Notes under the pieces: generated by a model
What the model saw: only the letters and a program-made list of their open reading frames with translations
Database searches by the model: none
Told to the model about the DNA's origin: nothing
Source: Rhynchobatus australiae
Lineage: Eukaryota
DNA length: 64,000 nt
NCBI GenBank assembly: GCA_034780895.1
Contig: JAUZTB010000062.1
Location: forward strand, 12,661,165-12,725,164
Direction: 5' to 3'
Position numbers and translations under genes: made by a program
Part shown: in pieces, positions 38,504 to 50,390 of the stretch
Layout of the letters: each line of letters begins with the position of its first letter
Position numbering within the stretch: the stretch's first letter is position 1

Positions 38504-39122
38504 AACTCACTAAACATCCACTGCCAAACAAGAACCAGAACATCATCAGCTTACTGCTTCTTCACAATACCCACAGCATTCCACTCAGGAGAGGTGGCTC
38601 ATTTCCCATTATGCCTAAAATCAGTGAGCTTTAAGCCATTCTTATGGCAATTTTGTGACGATTCATGAGGAAGTTGGGATAGGGGCAATATGCTGCCAAA
38701 CTGCCCATCTGAAACAAAGCCCAAAATATGGTAGAGTGCCGTTATAGGCACACTGTATGGTCACTCCACAGACCTCCAACAACTACTCCACTGCTGTTGT
38801 GCCAGAAGCTCAGTGAACCAGCATCACACTTCTTCCCTCGTGTGCGATATTAAAAATGAAAAGGTGCCGTCTAGGACTGAAACCAGCAGTCAGAAACCTA
38901 AGGGAGGCCTGGAGGTGGGTTGCTTTGACCATTAAATGTTCCAGACCTTTAAATACCTTGCAGTTAAGGCACAAGATTCCAGAGTATTGGTAAATCAGGG
39001 GGTGGATGGTGATTCTGGGCCCGATCTGAAATGGGGGCTGAAGGATAGAGGAGAGGGTGATGGTACTGTGGTACTGAAGTTGACGTAGGTGGTTCCACTC
39101 CACTGCTGCACTGGAAAAACAT

Positions 39123-39217
39123 GTTTTTTTAAATTTTATTTACAGCATGGCAACAGGCTCTTCCGGCCCAATGAGTCCACCCCGCCCATTTTAACCTACC
39201 TGCACGTCTTTGGAATT
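39123..39217 (-). mobile_element. HE1-type SINE 3' fragment
   Basis: TACAGCATGGCAACAGGCTCTTCCGGCCCAATGAG...ACCTGCACGTCTTTGGA. Confidence 0.7.
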
Positions 39218-39641
39218 GTTGTTGCAGGAGTGACCGATACCAGTTGATCGAAGGACAATATGGATACATTTCCACCACAAGGCTCCAACAAGGAATTTAC
39301 ATGGGGAATGACAATACATGACACATCTGAGACACTGAAGTGTTCCAAAATTGTAAGCTCAACTTACGCTGGGATGCACACCACTAAATTCCTGCAGTGA
39401 TGTCAAATGTGCAGGAAATGGTCAAACCATGTTTCACTCTCTCCAAAATTTGTTTTCTATCACAAGGCACCGAATTGAAGAATGCCATACAAATTTCTAG
39501 CCCACTGTACTTTTTTTCTTAAATGGCAGCCAAACCTAATTCCCAGTTTTCATTATTTGAGAAGCTTAGAACTTATTGCAGGAAACAGATGCTTAGTGGG
39601 TTTTTATTTTTGCAAGACCCAATACGACCACCAACAAAATA

Positions 39642-39772
39642 TGAAGATGCAAGAGACTGCAGATGCTGGAATCTGGAGCAAAAAACATGCTACTGGGGGA
39701 TCTCACAAACTCAGGCAGCATCTGTGGAGGCAAAGGGATGGTCAACGTTTTGGGTCGATCCCCTGCATCAAA
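39642..39772 (-). mobile_element. Penelope-type terminus with hammerhead-like motif
   Basis: GACTGCAGATGCTGGAATCTGGAGC...GGCAGCATCTGTGGAG...GTCAACGTTTTGGGTCGATCCCCTGCATCA. Confidence 0.75.
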
Positions 39773-40283
39773 TATATCTGTAGAAAATCTGGTTGAAGAA
39801 ACTATTGGTTCCAAGCTGATAAATTTCCAACTCTCCTTAAATTTTCATCCCCACAGCAGTCTTACTAAATCTCCTCTAAATAATAGTATAAAGTAGTTTT
39901 CTATTTTTCAATTTTCTATTCAAGTGTTGATGTTCTATGATAGAAAACATGTTGAAGAATGTCAAAATATACACAGGGTTGAGAAGAGTTAATCAATTTT
40001 TGTTAATCCATTTTCAGTCCAACAATATCCCATCATGTTCATGTTTGTTAAAGAGCAATTATTTACAAAATCAAAAGAAAATGTGCAACATACCCATTTT
40101 CTTCAGAAAAGAAATTAACCTTGGAAAACAGCTTTATGAATTCAATCTTCAGTCAGAAAATTCAGAACAACAATTCCTATTGAATATATCACTGTGGCTT
40201 GGGTAAAAGATGTAATTGTGGGTGAGTATTGATCATAAGTAATCAAGTGGCAACACCCTGAAGTATCTGATACTTGGAAACAA

Positions 40284-40410
40284 AAGAGTTATGCGGCATA
40301 GATACAGGGTCTCTGCCCCACTGTTTCTATGCCGACCATCATACCTAATCACAGTAATCCCACTTGCCTGCGTTAATTCCAATACCCTCCGTACCTTGCT
40401 CCATCCAAAA
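40284..40410 (-). mobile_element. CR1-clade 3' tail fragment
   Basis: Homologous to 23880-24000: CTATGCCGACCATCAT...TAATCCCACTTGCCTGCGTTAATT. Confidence 0.7.
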
Positions 40411-41369
40411 GAAGTGAAAACAGATTGAATCTTTACAAATAGTTCAGCAAACAACAAACTGAGTTTGGAGCAATAAATGTATTTTTCTAATATAAACAAA
40501 CACTACAATATCAGTTAAACCTTCAGACTTCAGGTGACATTTACTATCAGACTAAATTAAGAAATACCTGCAAATAATCTATCGTCTCCTATGCTTCTTT
40601 ATCTTGACAAAGATTAACAGCATAAACTCATTTTAAGGTCCCACAAAAAATTGTGTATTCCACACAAACCTATTAATACAATTTCAGGGATATTTTGGAG
40701 ACAGGAAGGCTACTGGGTACGTTTACTCTGTTTTAATAATCACTCCTGCCAACTGAAAAAGGAGATGAAATGAACTGAATTCTGTGTTAATCAACAGTCA
40801 CTTGATTATGTTTAAATTCTCCATGGAACCAAACTGCTTGGCATCAGCTACTCAAAACAAGCAACAAATTAGACATACTTCTATCAGGTTGCCCATGAAT
40901 TAATTCAAAAAACAATTTTACATAAACTTATAACCTGAAGGAAAAGGGATATTAAGAATAAAATTAAACCAAACTACATTCAAAACTCAAAGCCTCCAGG
41001 CATGGGCCATTGATGTACACAAATCAATGTCAGATTTCTGAAAAAAGTTCCCATATTTGAATAAATCACTCAAAAAGCAGAACGCACATTTGTTTCGGTT
41101 CAAATTTAGTATATAACCCAAGGGAAAGACGCAATATTGTTACCATAAACTTAATTAATTAAATAAAAAGTTATCCTAACCAGTGAATTATAATATACCA
41201 CCTTGCCATATATAAAACAGAGGACCTTCTTTGCCATATTGCATAACCAGTCCTCTCTCCAAGCATTAATATGCACCACTGAAATTTGAGAATACAGTGA
41301 ATAAAACAGTTGAGAACAGTTATTAAATTAAAGCATCAAAATGTGTACTTATCTAATGCCTCTAATAAA

Positions 41370-42510
41370 ATAAAACCTTCCAAAGATTTTAGAGCAAGGA
41401 GATTAACCAGATATTGAGAAGGAGCAGGAAGAAGTTTAAAAGCAGGAATGGAAAATAAAGTCAAGTATCAAGCTTTCAAATCGAATTTTGGATGGAGAGA
41501 GGCAGCAGAGCATAGAGGTGCAGGGAGCATGTCGCAGAGTGGATGGTAAGTTATGTGGCAGAAATAAGCATGAGGCACAAAGCTGGTAGGAAGGGGTGAG
41601 AATTTGTAAATGGACATTTTGAATGTGACGTGTTTAGAACAGAGAGCTATTGAAGCATGGCACAACACAACAGCAGTTGGGGAAATGGGGCACTCAGCGC
41701 AGGATGAGAGGCAAACCATTCAAGCTTTGACTGAGTTGCATTTTGCAAGAAGCACCCTGTCGAGGGGGAAAGCAATCTGATTGGCCTAGAGGTTTGGTTA
41801 TTGGCAACTTAGTAGGCATGAGATACATGCCCTGCACCTGAATGATGAGACCCAACAAGAATGGGACTGGCAAAGGGTGTGCCCAGAATAAAAGTGCAAA
41901 ATTAGGACCCTACTGGCACCTCAAAGACCCTCAGGTAAGAGACTCCAGGGCAAGGCCCAGGGGTCAGGACTAGAGCCTGGGGTTGTGATCTGGATGAATG
42001 ATCAGTATGTGAGTTAAGACAGGCAGCAAATAGGATCAGAATGGAGACAAGATAAAAATCAAAGCTGGATGGTGAAGGGAGTCTATCAATTCTTCCAGTG
42101 AACTCCTGCTTTTTCCATGCCCCATATTCATGTCAGTAAAGTGACATCTTTATCTTGTAGGTCATGGAGGTTCCAGGGTTGTTTTCACTAAATGCAGCCT
42201 CTGGCAACTGCCACCAAATGCCACAGAAAGGCCAATGGGTGCAGATGAATGGTGTGTGGTTGTTATGGTAACAAGAAACCTCAATGATGTCTTTGATCAA
42301 ACTTGGGTCTGTGAGCTGCGTGAAAGTGGGATTCAAGTGGGAGGGATGAGGGGATGTTGAGAACATTGTATCAACGGCATAACCAACACCTTCAGAAGGG
42401 AAAGATTAGAAGAGGATAGCAGGATCAGGAACGTTTGCAGTCAATGGGACAATAAAGGAAAACATGAAAAAAGAAGCAAAGCCTTGGGTCAAGACTGGTC
42501 CCATGGAGGA
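41370..42510 (-). mobile_element. Possible very old L2-like LINE remnants
   Basis: Purine-rich + strand typical of reverse L2; weak reverse VPQGS.LGP-like stretch near 42481-42510. Confidence 0.3.
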
Positions 42511-42569
42511 TATGAGCTTGCCAGGGGTAGGGATGGCATTGGAGAGGATCTGTATTATTTGTTCAACTG

Positions 42570-44305
42570 CACAGATGGGTGGGACATGGAAAGCTTCCCC
42601 ATCAAGTCTGTGGAGTCAGGCAAGGCTGACTTCTTTCTTATATCTTATTTCTGTGTTATATTGAGCCCTTTGTCAAATTCATCGGGAGAAGTGATGTGGG
42701 CACAAGAGGAGCGACAAGCTCAGGCAGCAGGGTATTCAGGTCAAAGCCTCCGTGAACATGCATGACATTGCATCTTCTGCTCGGACCCACTGTTGATCTG
42801 CAGATTAATGAGCAGCCGCGACCAGCTTGAACTGTTCTCCGGGGCCAGAGTCAAATGCAGCAAAAAGCAGGGCCATGTTTGTCGGCAAATGGTCTGACAG
42901 ATTCCTTGTTCCTTTCACCATCAAATCCAGTTACCTGAAGGAGTTAGGGACATGGTTTGGGGGGGGGGGGCAGCATATGCGGCAAGAATTCGCAGGAGAN
43001 NNNNNNNNNNNNNNNNNNNNNNNNNNNNNNNNNNNNNNNNNNNNNNNNNNNNNNNNNNNNNNNNNNNNNNNNNNNNNNNNNNNNNNNNNNNNNNNNNNNN
43101 NNNNNNNNNNNNNNNNNNNNNNNNNNNNNNNNNNNNNNNNNNNNNNNNNNNNNNNNNNNNNNNNNNNNNNNNNNNNNNNNNNNNNNNAGTATCCAAAGGA
43201 ACGTGACGTACAGGTCTCCAGAGTAAGGGGTGGTGGGATGGGGAGAAATGCGTCGAGCTTATAACATATCATCTAGTTCTGGTGTTGCAAAGAATGGGCC
43301 TGGACTCGATCACAGAACATTCCATTCAATTGGACTACCTGTCCCTTATTTAAAACAAAAGCTTCTGCAGAAAAACACAAGTCAACAGGTAGTGGTCCAC
43401 ACAGAATGCCCTGGAGGCCCTGTGAATGAAGGTGATAGTGGGTCCTGTGGGATGGTTCCTCAAGCAAACGGTCACAGAACACTTCATCACCAAAATTCTC
43501 AATCAAGCACCAAGACTCATTTGGCTAGTGGTGAGGAGAGCCCTCTGTGAGATCCTTGATGCACAGCCAAAGTTTCAATGCCCCCACACACTACCCTCAA
43601 GGTGGCTCTGCTGCAGATCATTTACCTCATTGTGGACTGTGCGTTTGCTAAAAAAAAGTCTGGAAAGGGATGCAGTGATCTTTGTCGAGGTTCATCCCAA
43701 GAAGCTACATAAGGTGGGTTCTTATGGAATAAAAAGAGAAAATGCTGGAAACACTCAAGAAGTCATGCAGTATCTGTGAAAATGAGAAACAGTCAACGTT
43801 TCCAGTATGGGACTGTTTCTAACACTGTTTTAATTTCAGATTTCCAAGAGCTGCAGGATTTTTCCCTCCCCCCCCATTTTCATTTACTGCAGGATTTTAC
43901 GGGCTATTCCCAGGGGTGCACACCAAGATAAACATTGGTTGCTGCTGGAAGATCATGAAGTCGGTGGAAGGCGCACTTTGGTCTGTTAAAAACCTATTGG
44001 TCTTCCAGTGTAGGGAGATGTCCACACCCAACACTGGTGACTGGCACATTCCAAGGCGCAGAAGTACATGCTGAAGGATGCACTGAAGCTCTGTGCAGTC
44101 ACTGCAAAGATGGGGAAAGACTGCAGTCTGTGGTTCTCCTGCCACTGGACACTGAAGGGCTGGGCTCAGTGCAACAGCCTCTCAGATATTTCACTGATGC
44201 ATTCATATAATGTTTGGATTACTTGATACAGTGAATGTAAATAAAGTCAAGCCCCAATATTATTTCTGTATACTATGAATAAAGTATATTTCCGTAAAAA
44301 ATAAA
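42570..44305 (+). mobile_element. Tx1-type (L1 superfamily) LINE 3' portion, decayed, spanning gap 43000-43187
   Basis: ESFPIKS / GVRQG / YIEPF and QVKASVNMHD (YMDD-like), then AMFVGKWSDRFLVPFTIKSSYLKELGTWFG; ends AATAAAGTATATTTCCGTAAAAAATAAA. Confidence 0.75.
43725..43862 (-). mobile_element. Penelope-type terminal fragment nested in the Tx1 element
   Basis: AAATGCTGGAAACACTCAAG...GCAGTATCTGTG...CAGTCAACGTTTCC, followed by a short opposite-orientation end (TTTCAGATTTCCAAGAGCTGCAG). Confidence 0.6.
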
Positions 44306-44954
44306 GAGGGTCGGTATAATGATACAATGACAGAGCAATGGAAGAGGACAGTAGAAACACTGCCAAAGCAAAGAAGTCTACCTGAGAAATTAAGCTATAC
44401 ACATGCTCCTCACATTATACAAAGACAGACCTAAAGGAAAGGAATCAGAGAAGAAGGGAATGCAGAAAAGGCTGGGCTTCCACTCAAGGGGATGCAGTTG
44501 TCAATGGCCAATTATTGTCTATTTTGCTACTTTGCTGTCATAATAAATGGAAGTTCTCTGCAAGTTGGCCTGGACTTCTCTTGGCATTAAGGCAAATAGT
44601 CTACTCACCCAACATTACAAGAAAGTCACACTTTCAGGAAACCAAAATGAGAATTTTTTTGCGAAGGAATTTTTAAAGCAACAGGACATTTATTGAGTCT
44701 CATAAAAAAATGTCAGAAACTGTTTGCAATCATAACAAAGGATTATTTTAAAAAATATCCACCACCACCAAAAATACATAACAGTGTTTTGAAAACAGTC
44801 TAATGACCATGAAAGTATGGCTTTACTGCAGGCAGCATACACAGGAATATGCGAAAGTGGAACTGTGAGCTACCTGCTGATAAAAGCCATGGGGTTATGA
44901 TAACATCCTCCGCCTTCACCTGGAAACATTCCTTCACTTAGTCGTAGAAACTCA

Positions 44955-45170
44955 GAACATAACAAGAGGGGTAGACTCAAGCCTTCTCCACCATTCAGTA
45001 AGAGCACAGCTGAGCTGATCTTGGCTCAGCTCCTTGCGCCTGTCTCTTCCCCATACCCTGCAGTCGAAAAACCTCTTCCTGCCAGCCTTGGATGGATTCA
45101 ATGACTCATCATCCACAGTTCTCTGCAATAGAGAACGTCAAAGGTTCTAGACCCTCAAAAAAATAAATTA
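44955..45170 (-). mobile_element. CR1 3' end fragment (second tail type)
   Basis: GAACATAA...CTCAAGCCTTCTCCACCATTCAGTAAG...TCCACAGTTCTCTGCAATAGAGAA. Confidence 0.6.
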
Positions 45171-45179
45171 ATCAGACTT

Positions 45180-45965
45180 TACTTGCATGCAGTAAGACCT
45201 ATACACGCTGATAGGTAGCAACTAATATTCATTGCAACAAAAGTGCCAGGCAAAGACCACTTCCAACAAGAGAGATTTTAACCGCCTCACCAAGACATTT
45301 AATGGCATTACCAGCAACAAGTCCTCCCACCATCAATATCATTGAGATCAATATTGACCAGAAACTCAATTAGACCAACCAGATAAATACTGTGCCTCTG
45401 GGAGCAGGTAAGCAATTGAGTGTCCTGCACCTCCTGACAATCCAGAGTTTTCCCAGCATTTACAAGGCAGAAATCAGGAACATGATGGAATACTCTCCAC
45501 TTGCACGGATGAATGTAATTCCAGCAACTCAAGAGGCTTGACACCCTCCAGGACAAAGCAGCCCATCCTCCACCCTAATTATTCGTTCACTCCACATCAG
45601 CACACAGTGATTGCAGTGTGAACCATCTACAAACTACACCACATTTACTCGCCTAGGCTACTCCAACAGTATCTCCCCAAATCCATGACCTACACCACCG
45701 AGAAGGACAAAGCCATGGGGTGCACAATAAAACTACCTCCTGTACATTCCACCTGCCCCCACAAGTCGCCACATCACCCTGACTCGAAAATATATCACCA
45801 GTCCTTCATTTGCACTGGGAACTCTCTCCCCAGTAGTGCTGTGGAAGTATTTTCACCAGAAGGACTGCAGCAGTTCAAAAAGAAACCTCACCACTACCTT
45901 TTCAAGGGTAATTCAACATGGTCAATAAATGTTGCCCTTACCAGCAATGCTCAGGTCCTGAAAAA
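45180..45965 (+). mobile_element. CR1-like LINE 3' fragment
   Basis: + strand IYKAEIRNMMEYSPLA then LDTLQDKAA; 3' end GGACTGCAGCAGTTCAAAAAG...AATAAATGTTGCCCTTACCAGC. Confidence 0.8.
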
Positions 45966-46466
45966 CCAAGGGATCATTAAAAAAAATACATTTATTCATG
46001 TTGAAAGACTTTGCAATTGATTCTATTCATAGAAGTTGATAAAATCAGTTATTCAAAACTGTAACCAACATGGCCAGAGTTGATGTCTTGTAACCCTGTT
46101 CCACTTCCTAAGCACAAAGCATATTTTAATATTAATAATTTGCTTTTAAAGAGCACCTACAACAATTTTAAAAATCCCACAATGGTTCATAGATAAATCA
46201 GCATTCCTGCACAGTTGTGCCTCTGATCCAGGATTCTTTCAGTCATCCTCCCCAGTGAGGAGCTTTGGTGAAGTAATCTCTTTGTTCACCAGACAATAAA
46301 AGATTCTTATGTGGGTTAAGGCTCTTTTGTGCACATCAATTCCGTACCCCAAATGGCAAGCACCCAGTGGTTCATATCCCAATGTTGGAAGATTTATCAT
46401 TACTCCTGCAATTATCAGGATTAGTCCATTTCCTCACAATCTGCCAACTTTCCCTTTGATAACCTG

Positions 46467-47476
46467 CTCAAGAGCAAAGGTCCCTGAGTAAATATATGAC
46501 AGAAAGTTCAAACCTATTATTTATTACACCTATTATTTTGCTAGGAGGTTAATTCTGAGATAAGGATTAGTATCCTTCAGCTTCCATAACCCCTTTCTCT
46601 CATTTTCAACACAAAGGAAATCATGGCAGTGATTTTATTTGTATTTCATCAGCCAAAGTCAGTTCAACTGTACAATGTTTTTGTTATAGCGAGTGGCATG
46701 AAGTTGACAATAGGTACAGTTTCAAAAGGAAAACAGAAGGTTTCTGCAGAAACAGACTGAAACCCCAAGCCACAGATTCAGACATCACAGATGACCTAAT
46801 TATCCATGTCCTGTTCATGAATTCAGAAACTGAAGAGTCCTTCAGGGACAGATGAAAGACTAAACTGGCATTGGAGAATAAAATCCCGAAGGTTGAAGCC
46901 TTCATCAAAAAAAAAGAGCACGGGAAATAAATATAGAAGGGATCATGATTCTATATAATAAGAAACTTCTTTATAGCTCTGACAGCAAAAAGCCACTTTG
47001 CTATCACTGTTCTATTGTATTACCTTTCCAGGAATGGTTTTCCTGAGCCATAATAGCAGTAATGACCTGATACTCCAATCCAGTGGTATTCAAACACTTT
47101 GCAACCGATACCTATTCACTGCAACAAGTAGAAAACAAATGATTCTGTACTTATCTCCCATTTATAGTCCTAAATTACACAATTTTGTATATTCCAAATA
47201 CTTGAACATTATTCATAGCTCTTTGCTTTCCCACCATTGTAAACAGCAGTGCTACTGAAGGCAAATGACAATACAAATATGGCAGAGGAAGCACAAATAA
47301 AATCACTGCCGTGATTTCCTTTGGGATGTTGAAAATGAGGAAAAGGAGCAGTGGAAGCTGAAGGGTAGTAAATCCTTATCTCAGAAGTAACTTCCTAGTT
47401 AAATAATAGATCAGGATATAATGGGAAATATTTGAACTTTCTGTCGTATACTTACTCAGGGACCTTTGCTCTTGAG
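46467..47476. mobile_element. Non-autonomous DNA transposon with ~190-bp TIRs, probably Tc1/mariner superfamily
   Basis: 46467-46654 is the diverged reverse complement of 47281-47476; outer 46 bp have 2 mismatches; flanked by TG (left) and TA (right). Confidence 0.8.
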
Positions 47477-47804
47477 TATGACTATTCCAAAATTCCTGCA
47501 CAACCACCAACATCAGCAGTGATTTTAGCCCACTTGACTTCATCAAACCATTTAGCTATGGACTGGGCCATTCTGAACATAAAGCAAGTTCAGTGTGTGT
47601 AAATAACTGCCATTATTTTTAATCTATTATCTTAACCTATTTCTCAACAAAGTATATAATGTCTGCATGTAAATGAACTACGCACATGCAAAACTGGTGC
47701 ATTAACCTAGGGCAATGTATACGAAGAATGTTGCTTTGCATTATGTCCATGAGAAAATGCAAAAAAATATGTCTGGGCTGAATGGTGATGCAGAAACAGG
47801 TTAC

Positions 47805-48135
47805 TGGACTGGGCTGGTGGTGAGCTGGGTCCAGGAGTGGGAATGGGACCGGGACCATCAGAGAGCTGGGTCCGGGAGTGGGACTGGGACTGTCAGAGAG
47901 CTGGGTCCAGGAGTGGGAGCGGGACTGGGACTGTCAGTGATCTGGGAGTGGCACCGTCAGTGAGCTGGGTCAGGGAGTGAGAGTGAGAGTGAGATTGAGA
48001 GTGGGAGTGGGAGTGGGAGTGGGAGTGGGAGTGGGAGCGGGAGCGGGACCGTCAGTGAGCCAGGCCCGGGAGTGGAAGTGAGACTATCAGAGGGCTGGGC
48101 CCGGGAGTGGGACTGGGACTGTCAGTGAGCCAGGT
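47805..48135 (+). repeat. G-rich minisatellite: ~35-bp unit built from GGGAGT/GGGACT hexamers
   Basis: Repeated GTCAGTGAGCTGGGTCCGGGAGTGGGACTGGGACT variants with a central (GGGAGT)n/(GAGAGT)n run. Confidence 0.9.
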
Positions 48136-49788
48136 TCAAGCCCTCAGCTGTTCTGACAGAGCAAAAAATAACTCCACTCTCTTGTTCTATTAGTTACATT
48201 GCTTGAGCCCAAGTCACACCCTCTGCTCTGGAAACATTACTAATTCAAAACATTTTACTGGAAAACATTTTTTGAACTATTATTGCAAACTTTGTAGTGG
48301 AAAGAGATACAAAGGGGTTTACTTTAAACAGGACAGCAAATCCATATTTTGCCATTTTATTCCCCCCTTCCTGAAACTGACTTGCTTCATGAAGCGTAGA
48401 ATCTTATTTATATCGTGTCTTATCCTCAATCATCCTGAAACACTTTACATTTGTGTAATTAAGTAGGATGGTTTATTGGCAGAAGAGAAAAAGCTCCAGG
48501 GGAATGGGACCACTTTGGAAAAGGGTGCTGCAGTGTAATGGGAAACCAGCAATCATTCTGCTCCACAGTTAGGAAACAGGAAGTGTGCTTCTGCAGACTT
48601 GGGAGCAAAGCTCCTCATTATTTCCCTTTATCCATGGTCTACCCGTCAGCTAATGTACTCTCACAGTGCTACAGACCCATCAAAACATCAGCTGCAATTC
48701 AGGTTTAAACTGATGGTCAACGTATTTGCCACTGGAACTGCATGTTTGAGATATTTTCAGCTCTTGCAAGTTGAAATCAGTTGTCTTATAGCTAACATTT
48801 AGTTCGTTACCTATTCAATAACTGCTTTGTGCACTTCAAAAGGAGAAACAAAATCTTAATAGAATGTTAATTGTTTTGCTAAATTTCTCCATCTCCCAAG
48901 GAGAAGAAAATTTCCTTCTTGTTCTTATCCTGCGAGAAATACTTTTCATTCCAGTCAAAGCCAAGCCCCAAACCATTCCCGAGTTCCCAAAGCTCAGGGA
49001 AAACAAATCAGCAAATAGCAATTCCCAGCCCTCAAACAAATCAGAGCATCAGCTACAAACAGCCCAATTGTAGAGCTGTTGGCTAAAGCAAACAAGTTAG
49101 AGATGGAACATTGCAGCTGCAGTACAGAGAGGAAGTTCGATACACTAAGTACTCAATTACTCCAAGACACTGGGTGGGAGGTAAAAAATCATTAACACAC
49201 ACTTCATTAATTAGGATAGAGGTACTGTTACTGTGCATTGCTGATGTAATCAATGCAGTAAGCCCAGTGATATATTGAGTATCCAGATAAAAAACATTTA
49301 CAAAGCAAAAAAAATGATATTTGTTTTGTTACATTTCCCACTGTAGAAGCTCCAATTATGGAACTATCATAAATGCAATGAACTTATAAAATCATTTACT
49401 AAAAAGATGAAAATGCAGTATTTGTTACAACCAGAAATGACCGATCCACTAAGGAGAACTAAGCAGCTGGGCCTGAGCTGATCAGAGAAGCACTTCCATC
49501 AATACTTAAAATATTTTCTTTGAAAATGAATGATAAATCTTCACTTTATCCCCATTTCCTTTATTCATCCTTCAACATTTTCCTTGCTGTAAAGATATTT
49601 CACCAATTGCCATAAATGATAAACCAACATGATGCATCAGAAGAGACCACTGAGACTACAGACCGTCGCTGGGTATTGAACGAGTTCTGCTTTTACAGAA
49701 ATTGATTTTATCCACAAGTAGGAAAATACAGAAAAAAGAATCACTTGATATGGTAATCATACCTCCACAGTACTATAATGAAAAGCAT

Positions 49789-49822
<34 letters not shown>

Positions 49823-49825
49823 GAT

Positions 49826-49868
<43 letters not shown>

Positions 49869-49871
49869 AGA
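49789..49871 (+). repeat. Compound microsatellite (GA)n(GAGATA)n(GA)n
   Basis: Direct inspection. Confidence 0.95.
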
Positions 49872-50390
49872 AACTAGCTTTGCCAATCGTAGGAATGATC
49901 GTATGTCAGACTTCTGAATCTAATAATATTATGAGAGCTCATTCTTACGTAGGTCTGTCTATAAGTTGGGTGTTCATAATTGGCAGCAATAATACTGTTC
50001 GTTCCTGCCATTGTCTTCAACTGAATACACGGTGTTAGCTGTTTCAGATAGAAAACATGAGCACTTCTGGATGAAAATCTCTTGCATTGCCTCAAGTTTT
50101 ATCAAAGTTGTCTAAGTTATCTGAAAACAAATTTGTCAATGGAAAGCTGTAAGCTAATCAAAATGTTATTTTTGGACATTGATCAGTTTTGGAACAGTCA
50201 TCCATGGTGATGCTACTTTCCTACAAACCATGTTGTCGGCTCTTAATCTTGAGTCAGAATTAAATTGACCTTTTAGCTCACACATCAATGATTATGCTTT
50301 AAAGGAAGTAATAGGCTGGCTGATCTTTTCCTCCTGTCCAACTTGTATAATTTTGCCTGATTGGATGATGAGATAACATACCAGAGTATG

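Noticed and set aside
47805-48135. Repeat-spacer look resembling a CRISPR array
   Set aside because: Intervening segments are hexamer repeats rather than unique spacers; vertebrate context and no cas genes
49778-50038. RE/RD-rich ORF
   Set aside because: Translation of the GA/GAGATA microsatellite
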